64,000 nt of DNA from Candidatus Krumholzibacteriia bacterium (GTDB taxonomy: Bacteria; Krumholzibacteriota; Krumholzibacteriia; JAJRXK01). The stretch lies in NCBI GenBank assembly GCA_041484665.1, contig JBGPIA010000002.1, positions 352,001-416,000 of the forward strand, read 5' to 3'. The position numbers and the translations under genes are program-made. Below, piece after piece: positions 61,809-64,000 of this stretch. Numbering within the stretch: position 1 is the stretch's first letter; every line of letters starts with the position of its first letter. The notes beneath the pieces are model-generated. The model saw nothing but the letters and a program-made list of their open reading frames with translations. It was not told the DNA's origin and ran no database searches.

Positions 61809-63488
61809 TTAGACGTTGTCTGCGGTCTCGCGCAGCACTTCTTCGATCGTGGTGATACCGCGCTCGATGTTGCGGATGCCGTCCATGCGTAGCGTCAGCA
61901 TCCCGTCCTCGAGGGAGCCCTGGCGGATCTCGGTCGTGTTGCCGCGGTCGAGGATGATCTCGCGGATCCTCGGGGTGATGGGCATCACCTCGTAGAGGCC
62001 CTGGCGCCCCTTGTAGCCCGTGCCGCCGCACTCGCCGCAGCCGCGCCCCTCGCAGACGCCGGCTGCCGGATCGATCTGCAACTCGGCGAGCACCTCGGGG
62101 GGCACGTCCACGCGGGTCTTGCACTCGGTGCAGATCCGGCGCACCAGGCGTTGCGCCATGATCAAGTTGGTGGAGGTCGCCACCAGGAATGGCTCGATAC
62201 CCATGTCGATCATGCGGTTGATCGTGGACGGGGCATCGTTGGTGTGCAGCGTGGAGAGCACCAGGTGCCCGGTGAGAGCGGCCTTGGTGGCGATGGAGCC
62301 GGTCTCCAGATCACGGATCTCTCCCACCATGACGATGTTGGGATCCTGGCGCAGGAAGGCCTTCAGCGCCGCCGCGAACGACAGCCCCACCTCGTCCCGC
62401 ACCTGCACCTGATTGATCCCGTCGAGGTTGTACTCGACGGGGTCTTCGGCGGTCATGATGTTCACCTCGGCCGTGTTCAGGCGATGCAGGCACGAGTACA
62501 GGGTCGTCGTCTTCCCGGATCCGGTGGGCCCGGTCACCAGCACCATCCCGTACGGCGAGGCGATGGCCTTCAATACGTTCTTGATGGCCTTCGCCTCCAT
62601 CCCGAACCCCTCCAGGTCGAAGTGGAGGTTGCCCTTGTCCAGGATTCGCATCACGACCTTCTCTCCATAGATGCACGGCAGAGTCGAGACGCGCAGGTCG
62701 ACCTTCTTGTCGCCGAGCTTGATCTTGATGCGCCCATCCTGGGGGATGCGCCGCTCGGCGATATCGAGCTCGGACATGATCTTCAGGCGCGAGATGATCG
62801 CCGCCTTCATCTTGAACGGCGGGGTCATCATCTCCTGCAGGACCCCGTCGATGCGGTAGCGCACCCGGATGCTCTTCTCGTAGCACTCGACGTGGATGTC
62901 GCTGGCGCCGCGCTTGACCGCATCGGTGATCAGCGAGTTCACCAGCTTGACGACGGGCGCGTTCTGGCTCTCCGCCGACAGCGCCCCGACGTCCTCTTCC
63001 TCGGTCGACTCGACGATCTCGATGTCCTCCTCGAGACCCTCGAGCACCTGCTTGAGGCTGTCGGCCGAGTCGTAGTAGCGATCGATGGCGTGCTTGATGT
63101 CGGCTTCGGTGCACACCACCGGCTGCACCTCGAGGCCGGTGATGAACTTGATGTCGTCGATGGCGAAGATGTTCGCGGGATTCGCCATCGCCACGGTCAG
63201 GATGCGTCCCTGGCGGCGCAGGGGAATCACCTGGAAGCGCGTGGCGACGTCGGCTGGGATCAGCGACGTGACCTCCGGCTCCACGTCCGTGTCGCTCAGG
63301 CGGACGACGGGCAGGTTGTACATCCGGCCCAGGAAGTCGGCGTAGGCCGCCTCGGACATCGCCCCCGTCTTCACGAGGTTGATGCCCAGCGAGCCGCCCT
63401 CCTTCTTCTGGAGCTCGAGAGCCTTCTGCAACTGCTCCTGGTTGACCAGATTGGCCTCCAGGAGCTTGCCGGCGATCTTGTCCTTCAA
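61809..63488 (-). CDS. pilB: type IV pilus assembly ATPase PilB
   Basis: N-terminal GspE-N-like region, ASDIH, DIAERRIPQDGR, GPTGSGKTT, LRQDP, CTEC/CGEC zinc motif. Confidence 0.96.
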   Translation of the reverse strand: MKDKIAGKLLEANLVNQEQLQKALELQKKEGGSLGINLVKTGAMSEAAYADFLGRMYNLPVVRLSDTDVEPEVTSLIPADVATRFQVIPLRRQGRILTVAMANPANIFAIDDIKFITGLEVQPVVCTEADIKHAIDRYYDSADSLKQVLEGLEEDIEIVESTEEEDVGALSAESQNAPVVKLVNSLITDAVKRGASDIHVECYEKSIRVRYRIDGVLQEMMTPPFKMKAAIISRLKIMSELDIAERRIPQDGRIKIKLGDKKVDLRVSTLPCIYGEKVVMRILDKGNLHFDLEGFGMEAKAIKNVLKAIASPYGMVLVTGPTGSGKTTTLYSCLHRLNTAEVNIMTAEDPVEYNLDGINQVQVRDEVGLSFAAALKAFLRQDPNIVMVGEIRDLETGSIATKAALTGHLVLSTLHTNDAPSTINRMIDMGIEPFLVATSTNLIMAQRLVRRICTECKTRVDVPPEVLAELQIDPAAGVCEGRGCGECGGTGYKGRQGLYEVMPITPRIREIILDRGNTTEIRQGSLEDGMLTLRMDGIRNIERGITTIEEVLRETADNV

Positions 63489-63560
63489 AGCGTACCCCTA
63501 GCGCGGAGAGCTTGCAGAGCGAGCGATCGTAGGGGGGATTGCACGGCGCCCGTGGCAGGC

Positions 63561-63576
63561 TGCAATTTGTATGCCC
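63561..63576 (-). promoter_or_regulatory. sigma-54 (-24/-12) promoter of pilB-T-C-S-R
   Basis: Minus strand GGGCATACAAATTGCA (GG-N10-GC, perfect TTGCA -12). Confidence 0.7.
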
Positions 63577-63717
63577 CCCTCCGCGCGCGCTCCCTCTCGC
63601 GGCGCGCGTCCACAGTCCGTTGCAAACGAACGCGGTTGGGATCCCCCCCGGCCGCGTCCGCCAGCCCCGCCCGCCCTGCCGCTGCAACTTGCAAGCGGCA
63701 CGCCCGTAGCGTGCTCC

Positions 63718-64000
63718 TCAGCGGAAATCCAGCAGCGGGGCCAGGCGCGCCAACGTCGAAGCCCCAATCCCCTTCACGCGCCGCAGGTCCTGCGGCGACG
63801 TGAACCCGCCAAGGCTGTCTCGCATCGCCACGATGCGCGCGGCCAGCGTGGGGCCGATGCGCGGCAGCCGCTCGAGGTCGCGAGCCGTCGCCCGATTGAT
63901 GGCCAGCCGTGCCTGCGCCGTGATCGGCGGCAGGTCGGCAACCGTTTCCCCCTGGAGGGTGTCGCCCTCTGCCGCACGGAACTTGAGCGAATCCTCGGAA
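63718..64000 (-). CDS. comEA: ComEA-family helix-hairpin-helix DNA-binding protein (5' end outside the window)
   Basis: Manual translation: LAINRATARDLERLPRIGPTLAARIVAMRDSLGGFTSPQDLRRVKGIGASTLARLAPLLDFR*. Confidence 0.88.
   Translation of the reverse strand, partial: SEDSLKFRAAEGDTLQGETVADLPPITAQARLAINRATARDLERLPRIGPTLAARIVAMRDSLGGFTSPQDLRRVKGIGASTLARLAPLLDFR

Overview
High-GC (about 70% by eye) bacterial chromosomal segment from a diderm, LPS-making organism (BamD, split HldA/HldC, LpxL-like acyltransferase, secretin). The gene mix suggests an FCB-associated candidate lineage such as Latescibacterota/Eisenbacteria/Krumholzibacteriota, but this is inference only. 63 CDSs are called, 62 of them on the minus strand; the many long plus-strand ORFs are antisense shadows. 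The left and middle parts are mostly housekeeping: polA, nadD, bamD, rimO, ftsK, thiE, accC/accB, aroQ/aroB, an ECF sigma/anti-sigma pair, mog, rnc, the fab cluster without fabH, rpmF, ndk, sucCD, hldAC, dprA, obgE, icd, pckA, an aminotransferase, pta, coaD, rsmD and aroKC. The right 17 kb is a Myxococcus/Geobacter-style type IVa pilus locus (comEA, pilB-T-C-S-R-A, ABC ATPase/permease/TPR-like protein, pilD, pilMNOPQ). The most notable signals are four sigma-54 (-24/-12) promoters in the pilus locus, three of which carry a TGCA-N3-TGCA/G palindrome 107-112 bp upstream (candidate PilR enhancer); a PilP-position protein with no lipobox and a ~230-aa acidic repeat linker next to an AMIN-less PilQ; a second PilT-family ATPase inserted between accB and accC; a Cys-rich orphan gene; and a TPR-lipoprotein/LolB-like pair. 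I found no rRNA, tRNA, CRISPR array or mobile element. Start codons were chosen by eye and some are uncertain.
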